Shown: one piece after another, positions 32,206 to 45,700 of the stretch
Numbering within the stretch: the first letter of the stretch is position 1
How the letters are laid out: the number at the start of each line of letters is the position of its first letter
DNA from: Plasmodiophora brassicae
Taxonomy: Eukaryota
Length of the DNA stretch: 64,000 bases
NCBI GenBank assembly: GCA_036867785.1
Contig: CP145424.1
Location: 62,001-126,000, forward strand
Direction of reading: 5' to 3'
Translations under genes and position numbers: made by a program
Notes under the pieces: model-generated
Databases searched by the model: none
What the model was told of the DNA's origin: nothing
The model's input: the letters and a program-made list of their open reading frames with translations, nothing else

Positions 32206-34007
32206 TTAGGGGTTGTCCTCAGACGTCGGAGGTTGTCCTGAGTACAACGAGCGAATCAGATATAGGTGCTGCGCTGCCTCGCCGTGAGTACGGTCGACCG
32301 TTTCGGCGACGTTGATGCCGACAGTCGCCAGCGATGTCCACGTGCTCACGTACGCGTCGTAGTCGAGGTTGTCGCTCCAAGCCAGCAGCTCAGCTGCCTC
32401 ATCTTCCAGCTCCACCAGGACCTTGACCGGCACTTGCTCCCTGCCGATATGATCGGACCAGTGTTCAGACATCGACGCTCAGTACTGTTACGGAGCGCGA
32501 TGGACGGCATCGATCCTGGACATCAAGTAGTCGACCTCATACGCCTCGGGACCGCGATCCTCATTGACTGAACGTGCAGCGGACAGGAATCAGGACCGCG
32601 TCATCCGTCCTGCATGATGCAGCATACAGGTTGTATCCGTCGACTTCGCGATTCCGTACATCTTCCTCAGCCAGGCCAGCTTCTTCATCTTCTTACGCCG
32701 CTGCACGTCCGCCCTCCTTCGGACCTTACTGAAATGGAACGCGGTGGCCGACTGATCGCCCTCCCCGGGGACCCATTCCTGTCGACCCCTCAATCCCAGC
32801 CACGGGGCGCGACGTCAAGCGGTGTCGTCACCCTGCTGAGGACGCTGTGCTGGACCGGCCTCCACCCGTTATTCTCGATGCGCTCGTACCACTTGTCCTT
32901 GGGGGAGGGGTCGTCATCCGGCGCGGCGACCACCCATAACCGGCGCCGCCTCGTACGTGCCGTCGCCTCCAGGTCGTACGGGCGCGGCGCGAACGCCCCG
33001 ATATCCGACACGTTTATGTGCGTGAAGATCTGCGGCCGCCAACGCGTTACAGGACGCTGCGCAGCGAACGTTCGCACCCGCACCGGCGCACACCTTATAG
33101 AAAATCGTGGGCGGGAACGTGCTCCCACCGAGGCGTAGCCGAACGTGCAGGCCGGCCGCCGCATCCAGCAGGCCGGCCTCCGCCGGGTTCACCGCTCGAA
33201 GAATCACGCGTGCGTCATCCGCTTCCTTCGACTTGATTAGGTCCCTGGACGGTCCCGTTCGCTTCAGTCACCGACAACGACGCGCGACGAGCGGCTGGTG
33301 GCGGCGGTACCTGTAGAACGCGTACACTTTCCTCTGCATGTACGCCCGGAACACGCGCTGGATGCGGGCAGCTGATTTGAACTGCATGGTGTAGGCGGCG
33401 CGGGAGTAGGCATTGGCGATACCGGGGGCGGCTTCCGATTCCAGCTGGACTAGCAGCTGGGCCCGCCGGATCGCACGACGTTCCCTCCAACGTCTCTGCA
33501 GGACGCGAGCCGCTGTCCGGAACACGACCGATATCTTTGAACGGCAGAATTTAGTCGAGGCCGTTGCCACCTGAGACGCAGGGATCGTACGCGTCTCTGG
33601 TACTCGCGTCTGGCCAGGATTCGTCGCCACCATCGCTGGAGCTTGATGGCGACCCAGGAGAAGTAGTCGGTGCCTTTGTTGGGCGATATCGTCCGACTGT
33701 CCTCGTCGTTCTTCTCGAGGAGGTACTTGGCGACCAAGTTGATGGGCACGGGCGTCTTGGGTCGCGGCGGGGCCGGTTTCCGCCTCGGGCCCGGGTCGCG
33801 AAGCCGCCTCCGTGCCAGGAACCCGCGGTACACCCGCTGGATCTGCAGCCCCAGAACACCTCGTCAGCGCTGGACGCAAGTGCAGGCAGTGCCGCGGGCG
33901 ATGCCGACCTCGATAGCGGCCGCCCGGAGCGTCCCCAGCGGCGAGGGCCCTTTGGGCCACTGCCGGATCAGGTCCCGGCGCTCGCGCCTGTTCGTGGGCG
34001 GCGCCAT
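32206..34007 (-). CDS. IQ-motif protein with MFI/C11orf65-like C-terminal region, spliced
   Basis: IQ motifs IQRVYRGFLARR and IQRVFRAYMQRK; VNPAEAGLLDAAAGLHVRLRLGGSTFPPTIFYK|IFTH, WYERIENNGWRPV, FHFSKVRRRADVQRRKKMKKLAWLRKMY and LLAWSDNLDYDAYVSTWTSLAT. Confidence 0.8.
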
Positions 34008-34207
34008 CGCCGCGGCCGGCCGGATCGAATCGGGGTACCTGTACGTAACCGGATTCGCCAGCAAGGCGTCTCCATGCAGCGCTGGCAGGGTTGTTTGCGC
34101 CCTGTGCGTCCTGGGCTCCTGTTTGATTCGACCGTAGTGGGACGGCGCGCGGGAAAAAGGCCGCCGCCGCCGCCGAGGAGTGCAGCAGTCCGTCTGTTTT
34201 GGACGCG

Positions 34208-34798
34208 ATGACATCGGATGACGGCGAATCCGATGGCGACCGGTCGGCGTCGCCGACGGCGCCGTCGGCGGCCCCGACCGACCGCGACTTTATGTCCATC
34301 AGGAACCTGCAGTTCCCGGTATCCAGGATCAAGAAGATCATGAAGTCCGACGAGGATGTCGCGGTACGCGCCCACCGTTTTCGCCATGGCCGACGTCCGC
34401 CAAAGTCTGATCGGGCGTTCGCAGATGATCAGTGGTGAAGTGCCCATCCTGTTTTCCAAGGCTTGCGAACTCTTCATCCAGGACGTCACCAGAAAGGCGT
34501 ATGAGCACACGCGCCGATGTAAACGCCGAACATTGAACAAGTCAGCGCTGGCGTGTGTGCCTCGCCTACGCTGTCACCCGTTGATCTCAGGTTGAACCAC
34601 AGGAGCGACATTGCTGCTGCCGTAGCGAGTTGCAGCCTGTTCGATTTCCTGGTCGACATCGTCCCGCAGACGGCGGCGGACCGGGAAAACGAGCTCGCCA
34701 CGTCCGGCGAGCCGCGCATGGCCTACCAGGCCGCCGGCCCCATCCCCCTCGACTGCAACGGCGCCAGGCAGACCCTGCCGCCGCCGTTCGCCGAATAA
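34208..34798 (+). CDS. NFYC: NF-YC/HAP5-like histone-fold protein, two introns
   Basis: FPVSRIKKIMKSDEDVA|MISGEVPILFSKACELFI...KRRTLN|...SDIAAAV...FDFLVDIVP. Confidence 0.9.
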
Positions 34799-35170
34799 TA
34801 TTTGTATATCGCTGGGTGCCCGCCGCCCCTCACTCTACATTCATCGTCGATATATTCTTCTCGCTGCCCGCTTCTGCGTCCCCCATTCCATGCACTGCAG
34901 TACGTCACGTGCTATGTACGTAGCAGGCGTTGAGGTGCCGTGACTTGGCCCGGTTGGACCTGCTCAGTGCCGCAGTGCGGCCACGGCAGATCCGCCGCTG
35001 GGTCATACGCGCCACAGTGCCCCCCAAAAACATTTGTGGTGGGCGCAAAAAAATCGAGGGACATGGCCAGGCGCCAGTCGGTGCGTAGCCCTCGGCTCGA
35101 CTGTAACGATTGAGTTGTGTGTGGACGGACGTCAATTTGGTAGCGGGTCGGTTGGCGTCGTGGGTCGACG

Positions 35171-38100
35171 ATGGCGGAGGTCGTCCCGATCCGTCTCGCC
35201 GAGGTGCTCAATGTAGGTGCCGGGGCGGCGGAGCGTGCAGCGCAGTGCCTGACGCGCGTCGACAGGTGACGCAGCTGGGGATCAGCCCGGAGCACATCAA
35301 GTTCAAAAATGTCGCGATGGAGTCGGACAAGTTCGTCTCGATCCTGGAGGAAGGGCTCGCGTCGGTTGCCATTGTAGATACGGTCACCAAGAAGGTGACG
35401 AAACTGCCGGCCAAGGTCGACTCGGCGATCATGAACCCGGTCTCGATGGTGGTCGGATTCAGAGGTTCGTGGCGCCCTCTCTCGCGATCGTGCACATTTG
35501 TTGCCCTAACACGCGGCCATTTTTTAGCCGCCAACAACCTGCAAATCTACAACCTCGAAATGCAGACGAGAATGAAGGTTGCTACTATGACAGAGAATGT
35601 CGTGTTCTGGAAATGGTGTGTTCGGGGCGCTCGCCGTCCGTCCGCGTGGTATTGACCGTTCTGCAGGGTGGACCAGAGGACCATTGGGATCGTGACCGAG
35701 AGATCGGTGTACCACTGGTCGATGAGCGGGGACGCTGCTCCTGATAAAATTTTCGACCGTGCCCCCTACGACGGCGCCGTTCAGATCTTGAACTACAAGT
35801 CGTCTTCGGATGGCAAATGGCTCATTCTTGGTGGCCTTGCCGCGCGCCCGACTGGAGGTACACCGGTTGATCTCGCGTTTCTGTCTGGGAACTTGACGCG
35901 CGCTACGTACCAGGCGTCGCTGGTGTCCTCCAGTTGTACTCTGTCGAGCGCAAGGTGTCGCAGCCCACGTTGGATGCACATGCCGGCACGTTCGCCAACG
36001 TGAAGCTCGACGGGCGCGATGCCCCGTCCACGCTGTTCTGCTTCGTGACGAACTCGCCCCAAGGCCCCAAGCTGTCAGTCATTGAAGTCGGTGGTCCCAA
36101 GGACAACGTTTTCAAGATCATGGCGGATGTTCGTTTCCAGTCTGAACAGGTTCGACTTCGCCTCGCAAACGTGATGCCTAGAATCGTGTCTCAATCGACA
36201 TTGCGCAGGACTTTGCCGTGTCAATGATTTGCGATGAGAAGCACGGGACGCTGTTCATGTTGACGAAAGCAGGGTATCTTTACCTGTTCGAGATTCAGTC
36301 TGGCAAGTGCCTGTTCGCCAAGAGAATATCCCAGGCCACGATGTTCGCTTCGGTAACAACCGCCAGTCCATCGTTATGGACGCGCGTTGCTTACGAGGGC
36401 GAACGTTAGGTACAACATGCGGAGACGGGTGGAATCGTTGCCCTCGATCAAACTGGCCGGCTCGTCCTATTCGCCCTAGATGAAAGCAAGATTGTTCCCT
36501 ATGTCACAGGCGTCCTGAAGGTACAGCAGGCGTGCACGTGACGCGTTCTCGCTTTGCTCATTTGTTCGTCGTCAGGACATGGAACTTGGCGTTCGTATGG
36601 CAGCGAGGTATGATCTGCCAGGAGCCGACAACATTTTCAAGGCGCAGTTCGAGAAGCTGATGGCGGCTGGCCAAGTTGCAGCTGCTGCCCGTATTGCCGT
36701 CGAAGCTCCGCAGAACATTCTCCGCACGAATGAAACCATTGCTGCGTTCAAGCGCATTCCTCCAGTTCAGGGTCAGCCAGCGCCTATCCTTCAGTATTTC
36801 TCGCTGCTGTTACAAAAAGGTCAGTTGATAGTCAACCCTTAACGTGGCTTGCTCTAACACCCGTATAGGGAAACTGAATGCGGTCGAATCCATTGAACTT
36901 GCGCGACCAGTTCTGGCATCGGGAGCGCCAGCAGGCAAAGAGCACCTGCGGGGGTGGATTACGGACGGAAAGCTCGAGTTCAGCGAAGAACTTGGAGACC
37001 TTCTTCGTCAGGCCGACATCAAACTTGCGTGCTCAGTGTATCTTCGCGCAAACTGTCCAGAGAAGGCCATCTTGTGCTTCCTGCAGCTGGGCGAATTCGA
37101 CAAGATCGTCGCGTACGCGAAGAGCGTCAACTACACGCCGAACTATCAGCTTCTTCTGCAGCAGATCCATCGAATCAACCGCGAACAGGCGCTGGCTTTC
37201 GCCCAGAAACTGTTCTCCAACGATACCGGTCCGCTTCTCTCCGTCGACGAAATTGTGGACATTTTCATGGCCTCTCAAGATGCTAAGTCGACCACCGGTT
37301 TCCTTCTGGACGTGCTGCAAGCGCGAGGCGATCGTCCGGAGGACGCCGAACTCCAGACAAAGTTGCTTGAAATCAACCTGATGTACAACCCTCAAGTTGC
37401 CGTCGCCATCATGGAGTCGACTCAGTTCAAGCTGACGCACTTTGACCAACCTCGGATAGCGCAACTGTGCGAACGGGCGCAGCTGTACACGCGCGCCCTG
37501 AACTTCTACACCGACATGAGCGATATCAAGCGCGTCATGCTGATGGGATTGAACTCCAACCTTATTCCTGCGGACGCTGTCATTGCGTACTTTGGGCGCC
37601 ACACCCCTGAGGACTGTGTCGACATCCTGCGCGAGCTGCTCAAGTTCAACGTGAACCAGCACATTCGTCTTGTCGTCGAAGTCGCCAAAACCTATTCGAA
37701 GGAGTTGTCCCCCGATGCCCTCGTCAAGATGTTCGAGGACTTTGACTCCTACCAGGGCCTGTTCTACTACCTGGGCTCGTTCGTTAACTACTCCGAGGAC
37801 CCGAGTGTTGTCTTCAAGTACATCGAGTCTGCCGTGAAGTTGAACCAGATCAAAGAAGTCGAGCGAATCTGCCGCGATCACGGTTTCTATGATCCAAACC
37901 AGGTCAAGGACTACCTGATATCGCAAGAGCTACAAGATCCGCGACCGCTCATCCACGTCTGCGATCGTCACGACTTCGTCGACGAACTGACGCGTTATTT
38001 GTTCGCCAAGAACATGTTCCCATTCCTGGAAGCCTATTGCACCAAGATGAACAGCGCGTCGACCCCGAAGGTGATCGGGGCACTACTCGATCTGTCGTGT

Positions 38101-41100
38101 GAAGACAACCGAATCCGAGACTTGGTTAACGGTGTGCGCCCGCCCGCTTGTCCCATTGATGCCCTGTGCGAGGAAGTTGGCAAGCGGAACCGCCTGCGCC
38201 TGCTTTTGCCATGGTTGGAAGCCCGTCGTCAAGAAGGATCCACCGATGTTGCACTTCACAACGCGCTCGGGAAGATCTACGTTGAAACCAACAACAACCC
38301 CAAGCATTTCCTTCTGAACAACGAGTACTACGACAGCAAGGTCTGTCTGCTCCCGCTCGTTCTGAACGTGACAACAATATCTGATTTGTGTGCTGTTCCA
38401 GGTTCTTGGTCAGTTCTGCGAGAGCCGGGATCCGCACCTGTCGTTTCTGGCGTACAGTCGGGCTCGTGGCCCGTGCGATGCGGAACTGCTTGCCGTCTCG
38501 AACAAGCACGGGTTCTACAAGGACCTGTCTCGGTACCTCGTTGAGCGCCAGGACGCAGCTCTGTGGGAGATGGCCCTGGCACCTTCCAATGAGCATCGGC
38601 GGGCGCTGATCGACCAGGTTGTCGCGACTGCTCTTCCTGAATCTCGTATTCCGGAAGAAGTATCTGCTACCGTCAAGGCGTTCATGGCGGCCGACCTGCC
38701 AAAGGAACTGATTGAGCTGCTTGAGCGAATCGTTTTGCACGGCCCTGCAGACAGCGAATTTCACACGAACCGCAACCTGCAGAATCTGCTCATTCTGACG
38801 GCGATCAAAGCGGATCCGGCACGCGTTTCGGATTACCTTAATCGCATGGACAACTACGATGGGCCTGACATTGCCCGGATCGCGATCTCCGATCAGTACA
38901 AGATGTACGAGGAAGCGTTTTTCATCTACAAGAAGTTCAACCTCGGCGAGGAGGCCATCCGCGTCCTGCTCGACAACATTGTATCGGTCGAACGTGCTGT
39001 CGAGTTTGCTGCGTACTGGGACAAGCCACCTGTCTGGTCGATCCTGGGACGGTCGCTGCTTGAGCACAATCGTACCAAGGAAGCCATCGCCGCGTTCCTC
39101 AAGGCGTCCGACCCCACTGCCTATGAAGACGTCATCACCGCCGCGGCCAAGGACGGTCTGTGGGCTGAGCTGATCACGTTCCTCAAGATGGCGCGAACCA
39201 AGCTCCGTAAGTTATGACAATCCTCTACCTCCGGATGCATTCTAACGTTTTCGAATCGGCAGGTGAGGCCACGCTCGACAATGAACTGCTGTATGCTATC
39301 GCCCACGTTGGCGACCTGTCCGACCTGGAGGACTTCCTGGCCACCCCCAACATTGCCAAGGTCGAGCTGATTGGTGACCGACTGTTTAGCGAAGGTGCAT
39401 CCGTCATTTGCTTCTGCCGGGTTCATAGAGTCATTGTGTGACCAGGCCTTTACGAACCGGCGCGTGTTCTGTACGCGCACTTGAACAACTATGCCAAACT
39501 GGCGCTATGCTACGTGCATTTGCACGAGTTCCAGCAAGCGGTTGACGCCGCTCGCAAGGCGAACTCTATACCGACCTGGAAAGCAGTCTGCTATGCCTGC
39601 GTTGACGCGCACGAGTTCAGGCTCGCCCAGGCCTGCGGTGTTCACATCATTGTCTTCATGGACCACCTTAGCGATCTCGTTCAGCACTACGAACTCGGTT
39701 GCCACTTCGAGCACATCATCGCCCTTCTGGAGCAAGGTTCTCGCGTCGCACCATTTACATGCTTTCGTTTCGGCTGACGCGCGGCGCAGGCATCAACCTT
39801 GATCGTGCACACCAGGGTATCTTCACCACTCTGGGTGTGCTGTACGCCAAGTACAAGGGCGAGAAGCTCATGGAGCACATCAAACTGTTCTGGTCCCGTC
39901 TCAACATCCCGACGCTGCTTGGCGCGTGCTTGACCAACTTGCACTTCACGGAAGCCGTCTTCCTGTACAGCCACTACGACCAGTACGAGAATGCCGTGGA
40001 CCTGCTGATCGACAATTCCGGCGCATGCTTCCAGCACGATTTGTTCAAGGCCACCATCATCCAGTGTGCCAACACGGAAGGTCGGGTGCTCAACCAGCAT
40101 GCGAATACTGGATAGCTGTTGTCTGACGCTGCCGCGTAATGCAGTGTTTTACCGGTCGATTGGGTTCTATCTGCGCGAGCACCCGCTGCTGCTGAACGAC
40201 CTGCTGATCGAGATCAGCCCAAAGATCGACCACAGCCGCGCCGTCCACCTGATCCGCTCCGAGAAGGCGTTGCCACTGGTCCTGAAGTACCTGCTGCACG
40301 TCCAACGCGACAACATTGTCGCTGTCAACGAGGCCGTCAACGGCCTGTTCGTCGAGGCGGAGGACTACAAAGCGCTCCGGGAATCCATTGACAGCTACGA
40401 TCAGTTCGACCAGATCGCCCTGGCGCAACGTCTTGAGCATCACGACCTGCTCGAGATGCGACGGATATCCGCCTACCTGTACAAGATCAACAAGCGGTAC
40501 AAGGTCGCCATTGACATCTCGAAGAAGGACGTCCTGTACGAGGACGTCATCTCGACGGCGTCGGTGTCGAAGGACACCGCCATCGCCGAGGAGCTCATCC
40601 GGTTCTTCGTCGAGGAGAAGGAGATGGCCTGTTTCACGGTAACCATTGACGATGCCGCGTTTGCGCATACCGGCCTGACAGCGCGGCGGCCCTAGGCGAT
40701 GCTGTACGCTTGTTACGCGGAGATTCGCGCCGACGTCGTCCTCGAACTGGCCTGGCGGAACAACATCATCGACAACGTCATGCCGTTCATGATCCAGACG
40801 TTCCGCGAGTACGACGACAAGCTCCAGTCGATTCTGGGCAAGTTCGAGGCGCAGACGCAGGCGGCCAAGGAGGCCGAGACCGAGGAGAAGAAGAAGCAGG
40901 AGGCGGACAACGCCAAAGCGGCGCAGTTCGTCGGCATCCCGAACCTGGGCCCGTCGATCCAGGCGCCGCTGGCCATCATGCCGCCGCCCATGCCCGGCAT
41001 GGCCAACCCGATGATGTACCCGGGGGCCGGCCCGCCCCCCATGATGAACAGCGGGCCGGCGCCGCCCCTGGGCTACGCCGGCCACCACCAGCTCGGCGGC

Positions 41101-41124
41101 GGGTACGGCGCCCACGGGTTCTAG
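35171..41124 (+). CDS. CLTC: Clathrin heavy chain, multi-exon
   Basis: MESDKFV, DSAIMNP, LQIYNLE, VVFWKW, APQNILRT, PILQYF, SEELGDL, DPRPLIHVCDR, KRNRLRLLLPWLE, NRNLQNLLILTAIKAD, LDRAHQGIFT and DQIALAQRLEHHDLLEMRRI; Pro-rich tail; stop TAG at 41124. Confidence 0.98.
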
Positions 41125-41363
41125 GCAGCGGCAACACCTCTGCCCGCCGATCGCCCTCAGCATAACATACACGACATCGTCGTCCGGGTGTTCAATGGGC
41201 CTGCGCCTGTAGCAGTCGACCGGGGGCCGTCCACCACCTTTTATTGGTTAGACGCAAGGCAGAGGTCGCTGCCCGGCCAGACGGTGACATGTCTGGCGCG
41301 CACGAACATACAACGGGGCAGAGCCGGAGCAGGCAGGTGCGGCGTGGGGGTCCCGACGAACAT

Positions 41364-42458
41364 TCAGCGTGCAGGGCGGTCCGCATCGTCCGACCCGAAC
41401 AGCACGTCGTCGACCATGCGGACGAGCAGCGACGACGACGGCGCCGGGTGCAGCAGCAGCTGGTCGTGCAGGGCGCCAATGACGCGCTCGGCGACGTCGT
41501 CGACAATGGGCCGGCCGTACGGGGCGGAGAACGCCTCCAGCACGACGACGATGTCGACGTGGGCGAACAGGCTGCGCCCGGGGCGTACGGCCAGGCGTTG
41601 CCAGTCGAGCCGCTCCAGGTTGCCGACCATCTCGTTGACGTGGGCGTTCCTCGGGCGCCGGTCGCCGTTGTCGTGCTTGTCCTCGACGACGACCCACGGG
41701 GCCGCCGGCGCCGCCCCGTCGAACGGGTTGAACCTGCGCACCGTCGACGTCGCGTAGTGCACGATGCCGTCGCCGTGCACGTTGCCGTACGCGACCCGCT
41801 TCTGGAACAGGGCCAGGCCCGTGATGAACGGCGGCCTGGCCAGGCGGACCAGCAGCGGCGGCCCGGCGTCGTCGTCGTCCAGCATCAGCTGGCGGCCGGT
41901 CGTGCCGAACAGCGACGCGGACGCCCACGAGGGCGCCCAGGTGCCCAGCAGGTGCCGGTGCTGCCTGGAGCCCAGGTGCGGCGTCGCGAACGTCACGTAG
42001 GCGACGGGCGTGACCCGGTCTGGGATGACGTGCCGGTCGGCCAGCATGCCGATCAGGCAGCGCGCGTACAGGCCGCCCAGGCTGTGCCCGATGACCGACA
42101 GGTACCTGGCGGACGCCAGCTCGGGCAGCAGCCACTGGAGGAGCCGGGCGGCGCCCGCCTCGATGCCGTCGTGCGTGCGCCCCTCGTTGCAGGTCGGCAG
42201 CAGGACGCGCACGCCGTCGTCGTCGTCGACGCAACGCTGACGCAGGACGCCGGCCATGTACGCCAGGTCGCCGGCGGCGCCGTGCAGGCCATGGATCAGC
42301 ACGATCACGTGCTGCCCTGGCCGACGACGGTCGCCGGCGCCCGGTCCCGGACGACCGGCATCGCCACCACCGCCGCCCAGCAGCACGCGCATCGCGCGCG
42401 CCGACGCGCTCAGCAATCCGGCCACAACGCCGTCGACGCCGATCTCCACCGACGTCAT
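41364..42458 (-). CDS. DUF676 putative serine esterase/lipase (alpha/beta hydrolase)
   Basis: HVIVLIHGLHG, nucleophile motif GHSLGG, TFATPHLG, YGNVHGDGIV and AHVDI. Confidence 0.88.
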   Translation of the reverse strand: MTSVEIGVDGVVAGLLSASARAMRVLLGGGGGDAGRPGPGAGDRRRPGQHVIVLIHGLHGAAGDLAYMAGVLRQRCVDDDDGVRVLLPTCNEGRTHDGIEAGAARLLQWLLPELASARYLSVIGHSLGGLYARCLIGMLADRHVIPDRVTPVAYVTFATPHLGSRQHRHLLGTWAPSWASASLFGTTGRQLMLDDDDAGPPLLVRLARPPFITGLALFQKRVAYGNVHGDGIVHYATSTVRRFNPFDGAAPAAPWVVVEDKHDNGDRRPRNAHVNEMVGNLERLDWQRLAVRPGRSLFAHVDIVVVLEAFSAPYGRPIVDDVAERVIGALHDQLLLHPAPSSSLLVRMVDDVLFGSDDADRPAR

Positions 42459-42700
42459 GAGGGCCCTGTTGCTGTTGTTGTTGTCTGGGCGGCGGGTCCC
42501 GAAAGTGCCCGTGACTGCCCACGTGCGTGCCTATATTTGGCACCCGTCCGACAGGAGCCGACCTTGCGGCGGTCTCCGACGTGTTTGTACTGTTTTGCGG
42601 ATGTCAACCGCGCGGCGATCCTCGTCACATGCGCAGGCGCGTTTCGGCAGACGGGGCGGGGGGCGGTATATATCAATAACAGAAGACGTCTACCGGTCTG

Positions 42701-45700
42701 TCAGCGGGGCGCGTGCAGGTCCTGCTGGGCGACGAGTTCGCGGTACAGGCCGCCCTTGTCGAGCAGCTGCTTGTGCGTGCCCTGTTCGTGGACGGCGCCG
42801 TCCTTGAGCACGTAGATCACGTCGGCGTTCTGGATCGTGCTCAGGCGGTGCGCCACGGCGATCGTGGTGCGCCCTTTCGCCGCCCGGTCCAGGGCGTCCT
42901 GCACGACCCGCTCGGACGTGGCGTCCAGCGCCGACCTGTGTCACATGCATTGAATACCCCCCGCGCGCGAACGACAACATCGGCGCGATAGCCCCCCTGC
43001 CGTACGTCGCCTCATCCAGCAGCAGGAGTTTGGGCTGGCGGATCAGGGCGCGGGCAATGGCGATCCTCTACGGGGGCGCCCGTCAGGTGGCGCCCGCCGC
43101 AGCAGATCGATGATGGGCGGACCTGTTTCTGCCCGCCGGACAGCTGGGCGCCCTTCGTCCCGACCGCTGTCTGGTACCCGTCCGGCAGCGACATGATGAA
43201 GTCGTGGGCGTTGGCCTGCGTGGCGGCGCCCTCGACCTGTTCGTCGGTGACGGGGCCGGCGCAGCCCAGGGCGATGTTGTCTTGGATCGTCATGCCGAAC
43301 AGGTTCGGCTCCTGCGACACGACCCCGATCACGTCGCGGTACGACCCGACGTCGACCGCGTCGATCGGGCGCCCGTCGAGCAGGATCGCGCCGCCCGTCA
43401 GCGCGTAGAAGCGCTCCAGCAGCCCGATCATCGTGCTCTTCCCGCATCCACCTGCGGCGAACCGGACGTCAGCGATGACGGCGAGCGCGCGCTGTCTCGA
43501 CGGCAGAGACTCGGCCCGACGAGGGCGACGAACTGCCCGGGCGCCGCCCGGATGCTGACGCCGCGCAGGACCGGGACGCCCGGGCGCGTCGGGTAATGGA
43601 AGCGTGCGTCGCGGAACTCAACGTCGCCGGCCACGCGCTGCCCGTCGAGGCGCTCCCCGCCGGCGCCCTCGATCGCCGGCGCCGCCTCCAGCAGCCGGAT
43701 GATCGACGCGCCCGCGTCCTTCGCCTTCGCCAGGTCCGGCGTGCTGGAGAAGATGCGCCCGACGCTCATCGCGCCGAACACGATCGCCTGCGGCGCGCAC
43801 GCACGCACACACACACAACGATATCAGCGACACGTCGTCGACGGGTGCATGTCCCTACGACGAAGACGGTGTACAGCTGCTTGATGCTGTAGCCCTCGTA
43901 GGCGATCAGGCGGCCGCCGTACCTGCAGGCGGCGACGCGCACGCGTCAGCAGCAGCTGTCCATGAGCTGGCCCGGCCCGGCCCCTCAGCGCCGGCCGCGC
44001 CAGAAAAACCGCGCGACTGCATCACGGCCCGGCGGCGGGTTTTTGGGCGCGGGGGCCAGGCGGCGGAGCGGCGCACCCACCAGAAGATCAGGGCGATGAT
44101 GACGAAGCTGACCGACTGCGTGAACGCGTACAGGAGCGTGTTGAGCCGGGCGTTCCGGTAGCCGTCGCGCAGGGCGGGCCGCAGCACCGCCTCGTACTGC
44201 CGGTGGACGTGCGCCTCGGCGCAGAGCGACTGGACCGTGCGGATGCCGGCGACGGCCTCGCAGGCGACCTGCGACGAGCGCTCGTAGGTCGCCCTGGTCC
44301 GGTCGGCGAAGTACGTGATGATCCGGTGGCGGAAGTAGTTGGCCAGCAGCAGGAGCGGCAGGCAGGCGGTGGCGACGAGCGCCAGCTTCCACCCGTAGAC
44401 CAGCGAGACGACGATGCCGCCGACCAGCGTCGTCGACACCTGCAGCAGCGTCGCCATCGTCGACCCGGACGCGCCCTGCACACGCTGCGCGTCGCTGGAC
44501 AGGTTGGCGGTCAGCGCCCCGGTCGTGTTCGCCGCCCGGTCGAAGAACGCCATGTCCTGGCGCAGGACGGCGGCGAACACGCGCCGCCGGATGCGCTCGG
44601 TCAGGTTCTCGCTCGCGTACCCGAACATGGCGTTCTGGACGACGCAGGCCAGGAACACGCCGGCGGCCAGCAGCAGGAAGCAGAGGGACCACAGCTTGGA
44701 GTCGCGGGCCAGCGCCGGGCCCACCTCGGCGAACGTCTCGATCACGCTGCTGAATCTGACGAGGCGCGCGCGCGATCAGGGCTTCGCCCAATCGACCGCC
44801 GGCGGACGTACATGATGGCGAACACCGGGTGCACCATGCCAGACGCGACGGCGGCGAGCGTGCCGACGATCATGTACCGCCGCTCGGGGGCGTTAAGCCG
44901 CATGATGTACTTGAAGACGGCCCAGGACGACAGCGGCGCCCGTTTGCCGTCGCCATCGGCCTGCTGCACGATGCTGGACGGCGACGACGACGCCGACGCC
45001 GGATGCGTCGATTCCTCGTCGTCGTTGCCAGACGGCGACCCAGGCGCCGCCGGTCGTGGCGGTGGCACCTGATGATCGTCCTGGGCGTTCCGCAGGCGCT
45101 GCGCCTCGACGAGGTGGAAGTAGGGGCCGCCGCGCGCGATCAGGTCGGCGTGCCGCCCCTGCTCGACGATGCGGCCCCGGTCCAGGACGACGATGCTGTC
45201 GGCGTTGCGGATCGTGGCGAGGCGGTGCGCGATCGTGATCGTCGTGCGCGACCGGGACACGCGGTCCAGCGCGTCCTGGACGACGCTCTCGGACGCGCTG
45301 TCCAGCGCCGACGTCGCCTCGTCCAGCAGCAGGACCTGCGGGTTCTTGATGATGGCCCTGGCGATCGCGATCCGCTGCTTCTGCCCGCCGGACAGCAGCG
45401 CGCCTCGCTCGCCGACGCTCGTCGCGTACCCGTCCGGCAGCCTCGTGATGAAGTCGTGCGCGTTCGCCTGCTGGCACGCGTCGACGATCAGCCCCTGGAG
45501 GTGGTCGCCGGCGGCGCCCTCCAGCTCGGTGCCGAGCAGGCCCATGGCCACGTTCTGCGAGACGGTCCCCTCTGCGCGGGTCACGTCAGGCGCGGGCACA
45601 CACCGGTGCACACAGGCGCGCGCGCGCTCTCTCCCCACCGAACAGGACGGGTTCCTGGGCGACGAGCCCGACGTGCCGGCGCAGCGACGCCAGGTCCAGC

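Noticed and set aside
43796-43817. CA/GT microsatellites in ABCB introns (also about 46680-46693)
   Set aside because: Ordinary short simple repeats with no sign of function.
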